From the IMG/VR virus record IMGVR_UViG_3300037511_000250, positions 1 through 36,651 of that record: a stretch of DNA of 36,651 bases, one strand, 5' to 3'. Below the pieces are notes generated by a model. It was given only the letters and a program-made list of their open reading frames with translations, searched no databases and had not been told where the DNA came from. The stretch's first letter is position 1; every line of letters begins with the position of its first letter. A program made the translations under genes and the position numbers. Below, in pieces: positions 7,315 to 17,056 of the stretch. This DNA is from a virus. Taxonomy: Duplodnaviria; Caudoviricetes.

Positions 7315-7739
7315 TAAGCACCCATCAATTCAAAGTGAACAAAGTCCCAGCCGTCTTCAGGATTAAGGTCGCCATCCCAATCGCCGCCCCATCTTACCTT
7401 ATGGGATATCTCCCCGCTCTCATAAAGCATATCAGCGACAGCCATAACGTAACCGCCAAAGTAAATATGCCGAGGGATATCGTTTAAATCCACGGGTTTT
7501 TCTCTAAGAAATGGCGTAACATCAATTGCCATTGATGGCATTTTGTTATGCTTACCATTAGGGAAATTTACTTTACTTTTCCCCTCTGCTACTGCCCTAT
7601 CTTGATCTTCCTTTCCGCGATAACCTACAAGTATTTTGCAGTCTCTGTCTTTTATGACTTCATTAAATATTTTTTGAAGGTCTGGATGACAAGATGATAA
7701 CAAAGATTTTGATTTTTGACTGAAAAAATATTTATCCAT
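7314..7739 (-). CDS. Endolysin, M15 family L-Ala-D-Glu peptidase
   Basis: CHPDLQ, GYR...Q, KHN..PS.AIDV, RWGGDW, D.VHFEL. Confidence 0.93.
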   Translation of the reverse strand: MDKYFFSQKSKSLLSSCHPDLQKIFNEVIKDRDCKILVGYRGKEDQDRAVAEGKSKVNFPNGKHNKMPSMAIDVTPFLREKPVDLNDIPRHIYFGGYVMAVADMLYESGEISHKVRWGGDWDGDLNPEDGWDFVHFELMGA

Positions 7740-7749
7740 TGAATTCCCC

Positions 7750-8193
7750 TCAAAATGTTAGTCCTCTTAACCAGGAAATTATATTATCTGCATAATGAGC
7801 AAACGATATTTTATCCGATATATACAGCACTGCAACTACAAATAAAACAAACTTGTTTGATAAAATAAACTTTTTTATTCTACCAAGCTTTTCCGAATTT
7901 TCCTTTATTTCATCCTCAAGCTCTTTTCTTTGCTGATGAACAATATCGTCATTCAATCTATCAAGCCTGGAATTTATTTTCTCTTTGACAGAAACAAGGT
8001 CATCTATCTTCTTTATAATCCAATTCATGTTGGCTTGTATTTCAGTAGTAATAACAAGATTATTTGCAATGCTATTTTCTGAGGAGTGCGTCCTATTCCT
8101 AAGCAAAAGAATTTCGTTTCTGATAGAAATAGAATCGTCTTCCATTCGGGATAATCTAGCATCCATTTTTTCGCACTCTTTACAGTCTTTCAT
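7750..8193 (-). CDS. Coiled-coil protein with C-terminal TM, putative holin/antiholin
   Basis: Directly upstream of endolysin; FVLFVVAVLYI segment. Confidence 0.5.
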   Translation of the reverse strand: MKDCKECEKMDARLSRMEDDSISIRNEILLLRNRTHSSENSIANNLVITTEIQANMNWIIKKIDDLVSVKEKINSRLDRLNDDIVHQQRKELEDEIKENSEKLGRIKKFILSNKFVLFVVAVLYISDKISFAHYADNIISWLRGLTF

Positions 8194-8213
8194 GGGCTAA
8201 AAGTGTTTTTCTC

Positions 8214-9803
8214 CTATGATGTAATATAGTTCATATATACGTTTCCAAACCCAGCATTTCCGCTATTCGTAAAATTAGTGCTCGTATTTAATTTGTAAAT
8301 CTGTATAGTCCCATCTGATAATGCGATAGCTCTTCCTGGAGTGGTTTGCCAGGCGCTATTGTCCATCACCCAGCATTGGCCATCATAATCTAAACCAGTA
8401 GCTGGCCTTAGTCTTGACGGTATTGCGCCGGAGCCGGTATTGAAAAATGAAGCAGCCGCAGCAGCGGGTTGGCTTCCAGAAAAGAATAATCTCACCTCTT
8501 TTCCATTTCTTATAAAATTAACGGTCTTATTTGAGATTGTTGCCACTCCAGAAAAGTTTACCGTAAATGTTCCTACTTCATAATAATTTAAAGCAGCCGG
8601 AGTTCCTCCCGTCGTTTGCAATTTAATGCCGCCAGCAGAATTTGTTATATCTGTACCATCAAATGTTAAATTTGCGCTAGAAGTTAACCCACTAGAACCG
8701 TTACCATAGGGTATACGATTTGCTGTAATGTTAAGGGAAAGCTCAGATAAAACAGTTGTTATGCTTGCGTCTGAAGGCGCAGCAGAACTAGCCGTGCTGT
8801 TCATTTTAAATGTATGAGCAGCCATATTATCCAACTTGGCATTTGTTACCGCACTATTTGCAATGGTTGCTGCAACACTACCTGGCCCTGTAGCCGTTAC
8901 ATCTCCGGTGAGCGCAGTAATGTAGTTACCTGTTGCCTGCTTACCTGCAAGGTCAGAAACAAGATTTGTAACCTGGGACTCTCCTATTTGTATTGAAGTA
9001 TTGCTCGCTGCTGTTATTAATCCTTTGGCATTTACTGTTAAAGAAGAAACAGAAGAAGCAGAACCAAACGAACCAACATTTGAATTTACCGTTGAAAGGG
9101 TAAGGGCAGCGCTTCCTGCCCCTGATGCGGTTCCGTCTCCAGTCAATGCGGTAATATAATTACCTGCTGGTTGTTTATTATTGAATGCAATCCAATCATT
9201 GTTGTCTAAATAACCATCATTTGAGGCATCCGCTTTAGGCATTGATACAACGCCATTTGTTACATTTACCGGGGGCGTTGATGAATATATAAATGAAAGG
9301 TCTATCCATGCCCATTGCCCAGATGGAAGATTATTGGTATTGCTTATGGGTATGAATTCATACGTTTTGCCAGGAGGAATAGTCAATAAAAAATCACCAG
9401 AATAGTCTTGTATTGTATAATTTCCTGACGCAATATTATTAAATATAATCCTGCTATTTTGTTGTGATGATAAAGAATTTGTTTCATCCATTCTTGGAAG
9501 TTTTATTGTTCCGGTATTATTTACAAGGTAGAAAAAATTACTACATGGATTTGTTAAATCAACGTTATCACTTAATGCACCACCATAGCCTTTCCCCAAT
9601 AGAGACGTATTTATTTTTGATAAATCAATATTTGATGAACCTGATACATCAGCATTGACAATAAGACTCGTTGAAATGTTTCCACTTGAATCTGTATGAG
9701 CTACGCCAGCACTGTTTAATGAAGTAATTTTCGCCGTTGCGCTAGTGACTTTACCGGCTGCGGTTACATTTCCTGAAGTATCAGCTGTATATACTGTTCC
9801 CAT
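8214..9803 (-). CDS. Tail fibre / receptor-binding protein
   Basis: S/T/G/N-rich; repeated KQ..GNYITALTGD; NSAVTNAKL; C-terminal YEVGTFT...IPSRLRP tip domain. Confidence 0.8.
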   Translation of the reverse strand: MGTVYTADTSGNVTAAGKVTSATAKITSLNSAGVAHTDSSGNISTSLIVNADVSGSSNIDLSKINTSLLGKGYGGALSDNVDLTNPCSNFFYLVNNTGTIKLPRMDETNSLSSQQNSRIIFNNIASGNYTIQDYSGDFLLTIPPGKTYEFIPISNTNNLPSGQWAWIDLSFIYSSTPPVNVTNGVVSMPKADASNDGYLDNNDWIAFNNKQPAGNYITALTGDGTASGAGSAALTLSTVNSNVGSFGSASSVSSLTVNAKGLITAASNTSIQIGESQVTNLVSDLAGKQATGNYITALTGDVTATGPGSVAATIANSAVTNAKLDNMAAHTFKMNSTASSAAPSDASITTVLSELSLNITANRIPYGNGSSGLTSSANLTFDGTDITNSAGGIKLQTTGGTPAALNYYEVGTFTVNFSGVATISNKTVNFIRNGKEVRLFFSGSQPAAAAASFFNTGSGAIPSRLRPATGLDYDGQCWVMDNSAWQTTPGRAIALSDGTIQIYKLNTSTNFTNSGNAGFGNVYMNYITS

Positions 9804-9814
9804 GCCTTAACTCC

Positions 9815-10813
9815 TTAACCCAAAAGTACCCAAGCTGTGCCGTTATAGTATTCGCATTGATGTGTTGTGGAATTTGCTATGACGTCTCCTTCCTCTGGTG
9901 TAAGAGCATTTCTTTGAGTGGTTGTAAGCACTGGTAACTTTAATCTTCCGGTTGTTGTTGTCATAATTACTGAACCAGTAAATGTCTTATCTCCACCTAT
10001 TGTCTGAGCAATTGCCGTTAAAGCTCCTGGATTTGAACCATCAGCTGCCGCTAAAGCAATATTTTGAGGGGTAACACTGTTTCCATTTGTTAGAGAGAAC
10101 CCCGTAGAATTTGAAAAAGCGGTAACCGCGCTTGTTGTAAAATCACCGTGATTAGTTCCACTCAAATTATTGGCTGTAATGTCCCCTGTAAACTCTTTAT
10201 TTCCATCAAAAGATTGTGCGTTTCCTGTCATGACTCCTGGAAATGAACCTTGCGCCTCGCATAAGCGTAGCTCCTGAGGGTCACTAAGGCTTCCATTCAT
10301 CATGAACATCCCCGTGGAGTTTGGATTAATCGTTGAAACATCCGCAGTTACTAGATCACCGCGATTAAATCCAGACAAATTAGCACCCGATACTCCACCT
10401 GAAAATACTTTTGCTCCCCCAAAAGTCTGCGCTCCTGAAGTCACTACCCCAGGATTTGTCGCATCCGCTGGCGTTAGCTGCAATTTCTGAGGGTCAGAGA
10501 GACTTCCCGCGGTTAATGACATGCCTGTTGCGTTTGGCACGTTAATAACGTTATCGGTTACTAGGTCACCGTGATTAATCCCTGTTAAGTTTGAAGCGAC
10601 AATGTTTCCGTCTGAATCACGCTGAACAACGTCAAGAGGCACATTAGTTTGTGTTGCATCTAAAAATGCAGCACTTCCTAAATCCGCTTGTATAAAAGAC
10701 TTTAATTGAGCTTCAGTTATTTTTTGTGTCGCAATGCCTGGCACTTCTTGAGCCAAAACATTTACATCCGCTGGACTTCCAGCAGGCAATCCTGAGATAG
10801 GTAAATTCGCCAT
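9815..10813 (-). CDS. Tail fibre-like protein with three ~70 aa repeats
   Basis: NL.G.N.GD...PG..T..AQ...G.K.F.G x3; C-terminal LPVLTTTQRNALTP motif. Confidence 0.8.
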   Translation of the reverse strand: MANLPISGLPAGSPADVNVLAQEVPGIATQKITEAQLKSFIQADLGSAAFLDATQTNVPLDVVQRDSDGNIVASNLTGINHGDLVTDNVINVPNATGMSLTAGSLSDPQKLQLTPADATNPGVVTSGAQTFGGAKVFSGGVSGANLSGFNRGDLVTADVSTINPNSTGMFMMNGSLSDPQELRLCEAQGSFPGVMTGNAQSFDGNKEFTGDITANNLSGTNHGDFTTSAVTAFSNSTGFSLTNGNSVTPQNIALAAADGSNPGALTAIAQTIGGDKTFTGSVIMTTTTGRLKLPVLTTTQRNALTPEEGDVIANSTTHQCEYYNGTAWVLLG

Positions 10814-10816
10814 TAT

Positions 10817-10963
10817 TCACTCCAATATCAAAATAAGAGACCCATCTGTCTGCGTAATAAAATCACCATCATTTTGAATAAGCGCGTTTTGCTCTGGAGG
10901 TGTAGGCCCTTCATTTTGTTCATCTACGACACTCCAAATTGTGAAAAATCTTTCATCTAACAT
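10817..10963 (-). CDS. Small tail-associated protein
   Basis: Hand-translated 48 aa ending LIQNDGDFITQTDGSLILILE; fills the gap, TAATG coupling upstream. Confidence 0.7.
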   Translation of the reverse strand: MLDERFFTIWSVVDEQNEGPTPPEQNALIQNDGDFITQTDGSLILILE

Positions 10964-11295
10964 TATTCACCGCCGTATACTGTTACCAGGGTCGCAGTAG
11001 TCGTTACTGCAACACCATTTATGGTTGCACCTGTTAATATCCTTCTGCCTAAAACTGGTCTCCATGCGCCCGCTGGTAATGCAGGGATATAAATAGGATT
11101 TCCATCAACCCCCTCTACAACAACATGGCCGCCACCTGTTCCTACACCAACCCATTTAAAAGTTTGTATAGTTCCATCAGCCATAAGCGTATAAGCATCA
11201 AGTGTTGAGATTCCTCCGCTTTTTACGAAACCGCCTAATTGGCTTGCTTTTGTTTCTGGCGATACGGTTAATACAGGTGTTTTTTCTAATGGCAT
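10963..11295 (-). CDS. Putative virion structural protein
   Basis: 110 aa beta-rich ORF in the tail module; AGGAG RBS. Confidence 0.7.
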   Translation of the reverse strand: MPLEKTPVLTVSPETKASQLGGFVKSGGISTLDAYTLMADGTIQTFKWVGVGTGGGHVVVEGVDGNPIYIPALPAGAWRPVLGRRILTGATINGVAVTTTATLVTVYGGE

Positions 11296-11304
11296 AAAAT
11301 TCTC

Positions 11305-12816
11305 CTAAAGCTTAATTAATACATTCATAAATGTTGTTGGCTGCATGTTGTTGTGAGGCTGATTGCTTCCGTTAAGCCCTGTAGTTTGTCCATTTGTAAA
11401 CAAAGGAAAATCAGAGCCATTCCCAACGGGAGCATTAGCAGTTTGAGCGCCCGATGGTACGCTATGGTTATGAGATGGCATTTCACCAACACTCAACACG
11501 TGAGATTCTTCCCCGAGAGACTGACCCAGTACACGAGCAGTTAAACCTGAACCAGAACCAAATCCTGCAATCGTTCTTCCAAGTGCTTTTGGAAGCGTCA
11601 TCGTTTTTCCTGCGGCAAAATCAGCGTCGGGATCACCTGATCTTCCACCTGAAACTGGTGCCCACGCATCAATGACATTTCTATACAGAAGAACAAACAG
11701 CATGAAGCAATCTGCATTAGCTCTTGTTGTTGCGCCAGAAGAAGCATTTCCTATGCTTCCATCATTCATCGGAACCCAGCCAAGTTCAGTATTTGTATTC
11801 GTTAAATTAAAGCTAAGCCTTACATCTCCCGTTTTTGGTTTAAATAATCTTTGGGCGATCATGTCTGGAGTTTCATAAATATAAGGAGAAGGTTTATTCC
11901 CTGCGATCATTTGCATATTTGTAAATGAAATATCGCATATGGCATTTAATGGATATTGTAAAGATATCATTAAGAAATCATTTCCATTTGTACCCAAAAC
12001 CTTTCCGCCGATACTTGGTATTGTTACTAAAAAATCATATCTAGTTTTAACATTTGTAAGGACTTGAGAAGCAAGACTAGTTAAAACTTGCGTGCTTGGA
12101 GACCCTCCAGTTCCAAAATTTTGTACACATATTATTTCCACAGTAGAAAGAGATGGGCTATGCGCACTAAATGAAATAACAACAGGAGAACCTTCTAAGC
12201 TTCTAACATTTTTTGTATAAAACTCAACTCCCTTAAATACTTCTGCGCCTGAATTTACAGCTGTACATGTATAATTTAATTCTTGCAAAGGAGTAGCTTC
12301 ATATCCAGAATCACCTGGGGATAACGTGTTAAATGTCAATTTATCCGTGACAGCAGTATTGCTTTTTGAAAAATAAATATCAGAATCCAAAAGCTGATCA
12401 CTTGCACCCTTTGCGATAAGAAGTCTTATAACGCCAATAGGCTCGGCCGACTCGCCGATGTTATAAAAAAATTGACCGTTGTTTATTAGGTTCCTTGTCA
12501 TATTAAAAACATTTACAGTGCTTCCTCCTGACGCCTCAGGAACATAGTGCTCAACAGTAAATTGAGGAATACCATTCCTATCTCTAACATCTAAATAATA
12601 CGGCTCATCTTCTAACCAATAAAATGGCCCCATCATCCCATTGTTATCAAAAATCACTGGGTTTGCGTAAGGTATGGTTTGCCCTGGGTCGGCATAAACA
12701 GGTTTATTTTCGCTTCTGTTAATATCCCTTTTCGTATACATTTTTCCACCAGCTAATGGGTCACCGTTCTTATCCGTAAATAACCATTTTGGTGTAGCGC
12801 CCTGACTAACTGCCAT
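11305..12816 (-). CDS. Tail adaptor/fibre with virion-attachment N-domain and tail-collar-like C-domain
   Basis: FTDKNGDPLAGGK.Y...NPVIFD; TGDVR...GWVPMNDG; GEESHVLSVGEMPSHNH; PHNNMQPT...LIKL. Confidence 0.85.
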   Translation of the reverse strand: MAVSQGATPKWLFTDKNGDPLAGGKMYTKRDINRSENKPVYADPGQTIPYANPVIFDNNGMMGPFYWLEDEPYYLDVRDRNGIPQFTVEHYVPEASGGSTVNVFNMTRNLINNGQFFYNIGESAEPIGVIRLLIAKGASDQLLDSDIYFSKSNTAVTDKLTFNTLSPGDSGYEATPLQELNYTCTAVNSGAEVFKGVEFYTKNVRSLEGSPVVISFSAHSPSLSTVEIICVQNFGTGGSPSTQVLTSLASQVLTNVKTRYDFLVTIPSIGGKVLGTNGNDFLMISLQYPLNAICDISFTNMQMIAGNKPSPYIYETPDMIAQRLFKPKTGDVRLSFNLTNTNTELGWVPMNDGSIGNASSGATTRANADCFMLFVLLYRNVIDAWAPVSGGRSGDPDADFAAGKTMTLPKALGRTIAGFGSGSGLTARVLGQSLGEESHVLSVGEMPSHNHSVPSGAQTANAPVGNGSDFPLFTNGQTTGLNGSNQPHNNMQPTTFMNVLIKL

Positions 12817-14876
12817 TATTGGCCTCCTGTTTGTGCAATAGAACCAAGATAAAGCGCGTTCAGTGCGTTTCTAGCTTCTGGATTTCGGGTGATTTCTTTT
12901 CTGAGAAGTGCATCTCTAAAAGCGGGACTTGTAACTGCTTTTCTGCCGAGATAACCAAGCGCAGGTGGTAAGGCGACGGAGGCAATAGCAGCGGGGACAT
13001 TTCCATACAGCAAATTCGTGGCAGCACCTACGCCCATTCCACCGAGCCCCATACTCTTTCCTACTTGATGCCCCGTTTTTGGATTGTAATCAATTGAGAA
13101 TAGTTCTGGGTATGCTTTAGATATTGTCTCTAATTTATCTAATTTATTTTTTACGCCTGGAAAAAGTATTTCTTTTTGCTTATCACCTAATTTTTGGTAA
13201 TTTCTCATCAATAAGCCAACGTTTACTTTTCCATCATTACCTACAGCATCTTTCAAATAATTTGCAGCAATAAGATTTTTAGAGGCTTCATCAGGAAGAA
13301 GGTTGGTAAGATTTTGAAGTGTGTCTGCATAATCTTTGTTTTTACCTGTTTTTAAGTAAGAAGAAAGAAAATTATCAAGGTTTAATGGTTTTCCTGATTT
13401 TTCACCAATTAATTGCCTATAAAATCCTGTAGGATTAATTGCGCCACTTGATGTAAGCTCCTCCTCAAATGGAATTGTCTTTTTGTATGCAGTATCAGCT
13501 TCAGAGAGAAGTGATTTTAATTGTGGATTAGCTGAAGCGCTTTCCTGCAAGCTATCATTAAAGGATTTCTTTATATCTTTTAACGTTCTGTAAGTATTAA
13601 AGTCTTCTCTTTCTAAAGCGTCTGATGTCCTCTTATTTATTAATCTTCTAAATTCCTCAGCTTCCTTGAAATTAGATATTTTCGTTTTAGAAAAATTACT
13701 GAGCATACTCATGGCTTTCCCATAATCTTCTTTTAATTCTGGGCTTATATCTACCTCTTTTTGAAGTTCTGAAAGTTTTTTGTTTGCAGATTCATTTATC
13801 TTTGATGGATTGAATGGCGTGCCAGAATTTTCAGCAGCATCTCTGAATTTTGTATAAGCTGCATTAGTTTCTTTTGATAAATTTTCATAGTTTTTCTTTA
13901 CCGCTCCGTAAACTTCTTGAGGAATATTTTTTGCGTCCCTTCCACCCAACAATCCTTCATATATCTGCTTTCCTTCATTTCCAATATGTTGATTAAGCAT
14001 TTCGTAGGGCTTAGACATTCCGCTCAGGGGGGTATTCCCTAATACATTTGTTTGAAAGCTACGCAATGGACTAGAATTTACTAATTCACCAATAGGCACT
14101 TCATCTCTTAAGTTGGCAGGCAATGCGTTTAAAACATTCTGCGCTTCTTGCTGTGTGGCACGAGGTCTTGCAAAATGATTTAAAATTGCTCGTCCAGCCA
14201 TGGGTATAGCGTCAAACGCAAGAGAACCGCCGGCACCTAAAGTACCGCCTAAAAGTCTATTATCTGGGGATTGAGCTGCACCAAATAACCCGCCACCTAT
14301 TGCATTTTGACCTATAGGAGAACCTATGGCTGCCGCAGCTTTTTGATAACCAGGAATAGCAGATAACGCATTACCCGCAGAAGCCATACCCTCAGCTATT
14401 TTGGGGGAAGCGGAAATTGCAGCATCAACCCCTGCGCCAATTTTCCCTACATTTGGAAGAACTTTTGCAACAGCACCAGGAAATAAGTAGTTTGCGCCAG
14501 CACCTACTATATCCCCCATTCCAGCCGCCGTCCCATGACGACCATAATCTGCCTTCGGAAATCGTATAGGATTACCCTGGAAATCTTTATTGCCTGTTAC
14601 CTGCGAAATAAAATTAAGTGTATTGGCTAGCGCATTTTGACCGCCCTGGAAAAATCCTGTGGCAAAATCCGGTATGCCTGTGCGTTCAACAGCGCGATTA
14701 AATTTATCTACTCCACCCATGAAACCACCTTGAGCGGGTTGCATAGCAGCTTGAGTCGGAGGCTGATTAGACATCGCCTGCGCATTCTCAATTGGCTTAA
14801 AATCTAAACCAGATAAATCAAAAGATTTATTTTGCTTTATCGGTTTAAAATCTAGGCCAGATAGGTCGTAAGTCAT
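12816..14876 (-). CDS. DNA ejection protein (P22 gp16 position)
   Basis: 686 aa, G/A-rich hydrophobic N-part and helical C-part; synteny. Confidence 0.7.
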   Translation of the reverse strand: MTYDLSGLDFKPIKQNKSFDLSGLDFKPIENAQAMSNQPPTQAAMQPAQGGFMGGVDKFNRAVERTGIPDFATGFFQGGQNALANTLNFISQVTGNKDFQGNPIRFPKADYGRHGTAAGMGDIVGAGANYLFPGAVAKVLPNVGKIGAGVDAAISASPKIAEGMASAGNALSAIPGYQKAAAAIGSPIGQNAIGGGLFGAAQSPDNRLLGGTLGAGGSLAFDAIPMAGRAILNHFARPRATQQEAQNVLNALPANLRDEVPIGELVNSSPLRSFQTNVLGNTPLSGMSKPYEMLNQHIGNEGKQIYEGLLGGRDAKNIPQEVYGAVKKNYENLSKETNAAYTKFRDAAENSGTPFNPSKINESANKKLSELQKEVDISPELKEDYGKAMSMLSNFSKTKISNFKEAEEFRRLINKRTSDALEREDFNTYRTLKDIKKSFNDSLQESASANPQLKSLLSEADTAYKKTIPFEEELTSSGAINPTGFYRQLIGEKSGKPLNLDNFLSSYLKTGKNKDYADTLQNLTNLLPDEASKNLIAANYLKDAVGNDGKVNVGLLMRNYQKLGDKQKEILFPGVKNKLDKLETISKAYPELFSIDYNPKTGHQVGKSMGLGGMGVGAATNLLYGNVPAAIASVALPPALGYLGRKAVTSPAFRDALLRKEITRNPEARNALNALYLGSIAQTGGQ

Positions 14877-16141
14877 TATTGAACCACCTTATAGCCGCGC
14901 TTCACGGCTTCATTGGCTTGGCTTGAAGGTATCGTTCCTCTTGACCCATCCGGAAGCTCAATCGTCACAGTACCAGAAGATTTCCCGTGGCCTTGTCCTT
15001 CACTTTTATATACGTTTGGCGTCTTAAGGGCATCACGGTATGTGTCCATTTCAGCTTCTAGAATTTTCTCGAATGATTTGAATTGCGATAGTGCGACATC
15101 TGGATTAGTTAACCAGAAATCAGGTCTACCAAACTGCTCTAACTTTTCTATCATTGATGGCTGAATGGATGCGCCATAAAACTGTCTAACCTGCTCACTA
15201 AGCAATGGAATTGTTGTGTGAATCATATTGTTGTACTCCATGTACTCAGGAGATACTTCACCCATTGTTGCGTTTAATCTGTCTTTCTCAAACTTAAGCT
15301 TTCCTTTTACCCCAGAATAAGAGGCTAATATTTCAGGCTTTATAAACCCGATTGTTTTTTCAATATTTGTAGCGAAAAGGTTTCTTTCTCTTGCCTTCGT
15401 GTCAGTAGTTTCTTTTAATGTTTTCAAAGAATACTGGTTTGAAATATCTTGCGGAGACTTACCGCCAGGAGGTGCGAGAGTTGGAGCTTGATATGGTTGC
15501 TGGTTATAAGGTGCCTGCGCTAAAGAATTAAAATTTGTTGGAGTATTTGCTAATCCAGGCGTCCCAATTTGTGAAAGAAGGTTCTGCGCATTCGGCGCCT
15601 GCATTTGTTGTGGTGCATTCAGTGAATTTATAGGTTGTTGGTCAGTTGCAGGATTGTATAAAACATTTTGTTGCCCTACACCCCATGGCAAGCCTGTTGG
15701 GGATAAGCCACCTTCTACATTCTTTTGCTCCATTAATTCTTTTCCCATGTTCGTCGTATAACGTAAGGGCATAGAATTTGTGAGCGCCATTTGATAATTC
15801 ATTTGAGCTATCTTGGCTCTTTTTGAAAGCTCGATCATTTCTGGGCTATATTCAGCCATTTGCGCTTTTGTTAAATTTGCCTGAGCTGCATTTAGCATAT
15901 TCAAAAAAGGATAATGAGCCGCTTGAGCTTTGTTTAATTGAATCTTTGAAGGAAATTCACTCGCTTGCGCATTCTTTAAACCAATCTCAGCTTGATATTG
16001 TTGTGGCGCATATTGCACGTCTATTTGTGATAATGCGTTTTTAAGGTCAGCAGCGGTTAACTGCTTTGGCAGCATTGCAGCTTGCGAAAACACATCTAGG
16101 AAAGGTCTATTTTGAGGCGCTTGCGGTAATGGTATTTGCAT
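14876..16141 (-). CDS. DNA ejection protein (P22 gp20 position)
   Basis: Q/A/P-rich 421 aa; synteny. Confidence 0.65.
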   Translation of the reverse strand: MQIPLPQAPQNRPFLDVFSQAAMLPKQLTAADLKNALSQIDVQYAPQQYQAEIGLKNAQASEFPSKIQLNKAQAAHYPFLNMLNAAQANLTKAQMAEYSPEMIELSKRAKIAQMNYQMALTNSMPLRYTTNMGKELMEQKNVEGGLSPTGLPWGVGQQNVLYNPATDQQPINSLNAPQQMQAPNAQNLLSQIGTPGLANTPTNFNSLAQAPYNQQPYQAPTLAPPGGKSPQDISNQYSLKTLKETTDTKARERNLFATNIEKTIGFIKPEILASYSGVKGKLKFEKDRLNATMGEVSPEYMEYNNMIHTTIPLLSEQVRQFYGASIQPSMIEKLEQFGRPDFWLTNPDVALSQFKSFEKILEAEMDTYRDALKTPNVYKSEGQGHGKSSGTVTIELPDGSRGTIPSSQANEAVKRGYKVVQ

Positions 16142-16144
16142 AGG

Positions 16145-16780
16145 TTAAAGCCACCCTAGTCCTTTGGCGATATCAAGACCGCCACCAATTACCCCTCCAA
16201 GCATATCTGTTGTGCCTTGGTTTTGTGCTTGTCCTGCGCCATAGGCCATCCCTGCTTGCGCTTGTCCAAGCTGACCTAGAAGCTGAGCAAGCGATTGAGC
16301 ACCGCCAAAACCCATGTGAGATATGTCTTGTTGACCAGATAAATACCTATCATTAACACCTAAATTATTTTGCAACCACTGCTGCATGTCCCTCGATGAA
16401 ATACCCTGGGAATAATCTGCTGCCGCTTTCCACTGCGCACCACTTCCTTGCATTCCTCCAGCTGATGCAGCATTTTGCATCGCCTTCATTCCATACTGTT
16501 GTTGAAATTTAGCCCATGGCGATTCTTGGTATTGATTAAGAATGTTATTGATAAATTGTGGTGAATTAGACATTGGAGATAATGCGTTTTGATAATTACC
16601 CAACGCATTTTGCCCAGCATTCATATAAGGGCTTAAAGCATCCTGCGCTTGCCCGTAATATTTGTCTAATTGCGCTGAGGCATCTTGATATGGTTTTGAC
16701 GGGTCACTCATAAAATAATTAAGTGCGCTACCAATTCCTTGCGCGCCACCGCTTGCGATTTTACCGAAATCATAAGCCAT
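16145..16780 (-). CDS. DNA ejection protein (P22 gp7-like)
   Basis: LSPYMNAGQNAL, ESP..KFQ, NAASAGG..GSG motifs. Confidence 0.8.
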   Translation of the reverse strand: MAYDFGKIASGGAQGIGSALNYFMSDPSKPYQDASAQLDKYYGQAQDALSPYMNAGQNALGNYQNALSPMSNSPQFINNILNQYQESPWAKFQQQYGMKAMQNAASAGGMQGSGAQWKAAADYSQGISSRDMQQWLQNNLGVNDRYLSGQQDISHMGFGGAQSLAQLLGQLGQAQAGMAYGAGQAQNQGTTDMLGGVIGGGLDIAKGLGWL

Positions 16781-16789
16781 AAATTAACC

Positions 16790-17056
16790 TCACGTATGCT
16801 GTATTTCTTTCCAGGAACCCAAATAAATATCAGGTTCACCGGTCGTTATGTTCTGAATCATTGACCCATTCTGAGGCGTAATAATCTTGTCTCTTTGTGC
16901 CGTTGTATTTGGCGGCAAAATCACACCAGACGGCGTTAAATAAGTAATTAATGTTTGATATTGAGTGGCAAACCAATCTCTCCATAAAGGCGTTAAATAG
17001 CCGTCTTTATCTACAAATTGATCATTAACAGGTGGAGAATCGAATGCGCGCGCCAT
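16790..17056 (-). CDS. Small tail protein (gp26 position)
   Basis: G.LTP.W..WF and TTAQRD motifs; follows the gp10-like gene. Confidence 0.65.
   Translation of the reverse strand: MARAFDSPPVNDQFVDKDGYLTPLWRDWFATQYQTLITYLTPSGVILPPNTTAQRDKIITPQNGSMIQNITTGEPDIYLGSWKEIQHT

Noticed and set aside
8214-10813. Diversity-generating retroelement or invertible fibre cassette
   Set aside because: Repeats are diverged protein-level repeats; no reverse transcriptase, invertase or adenine-specific TR/VR pair seen
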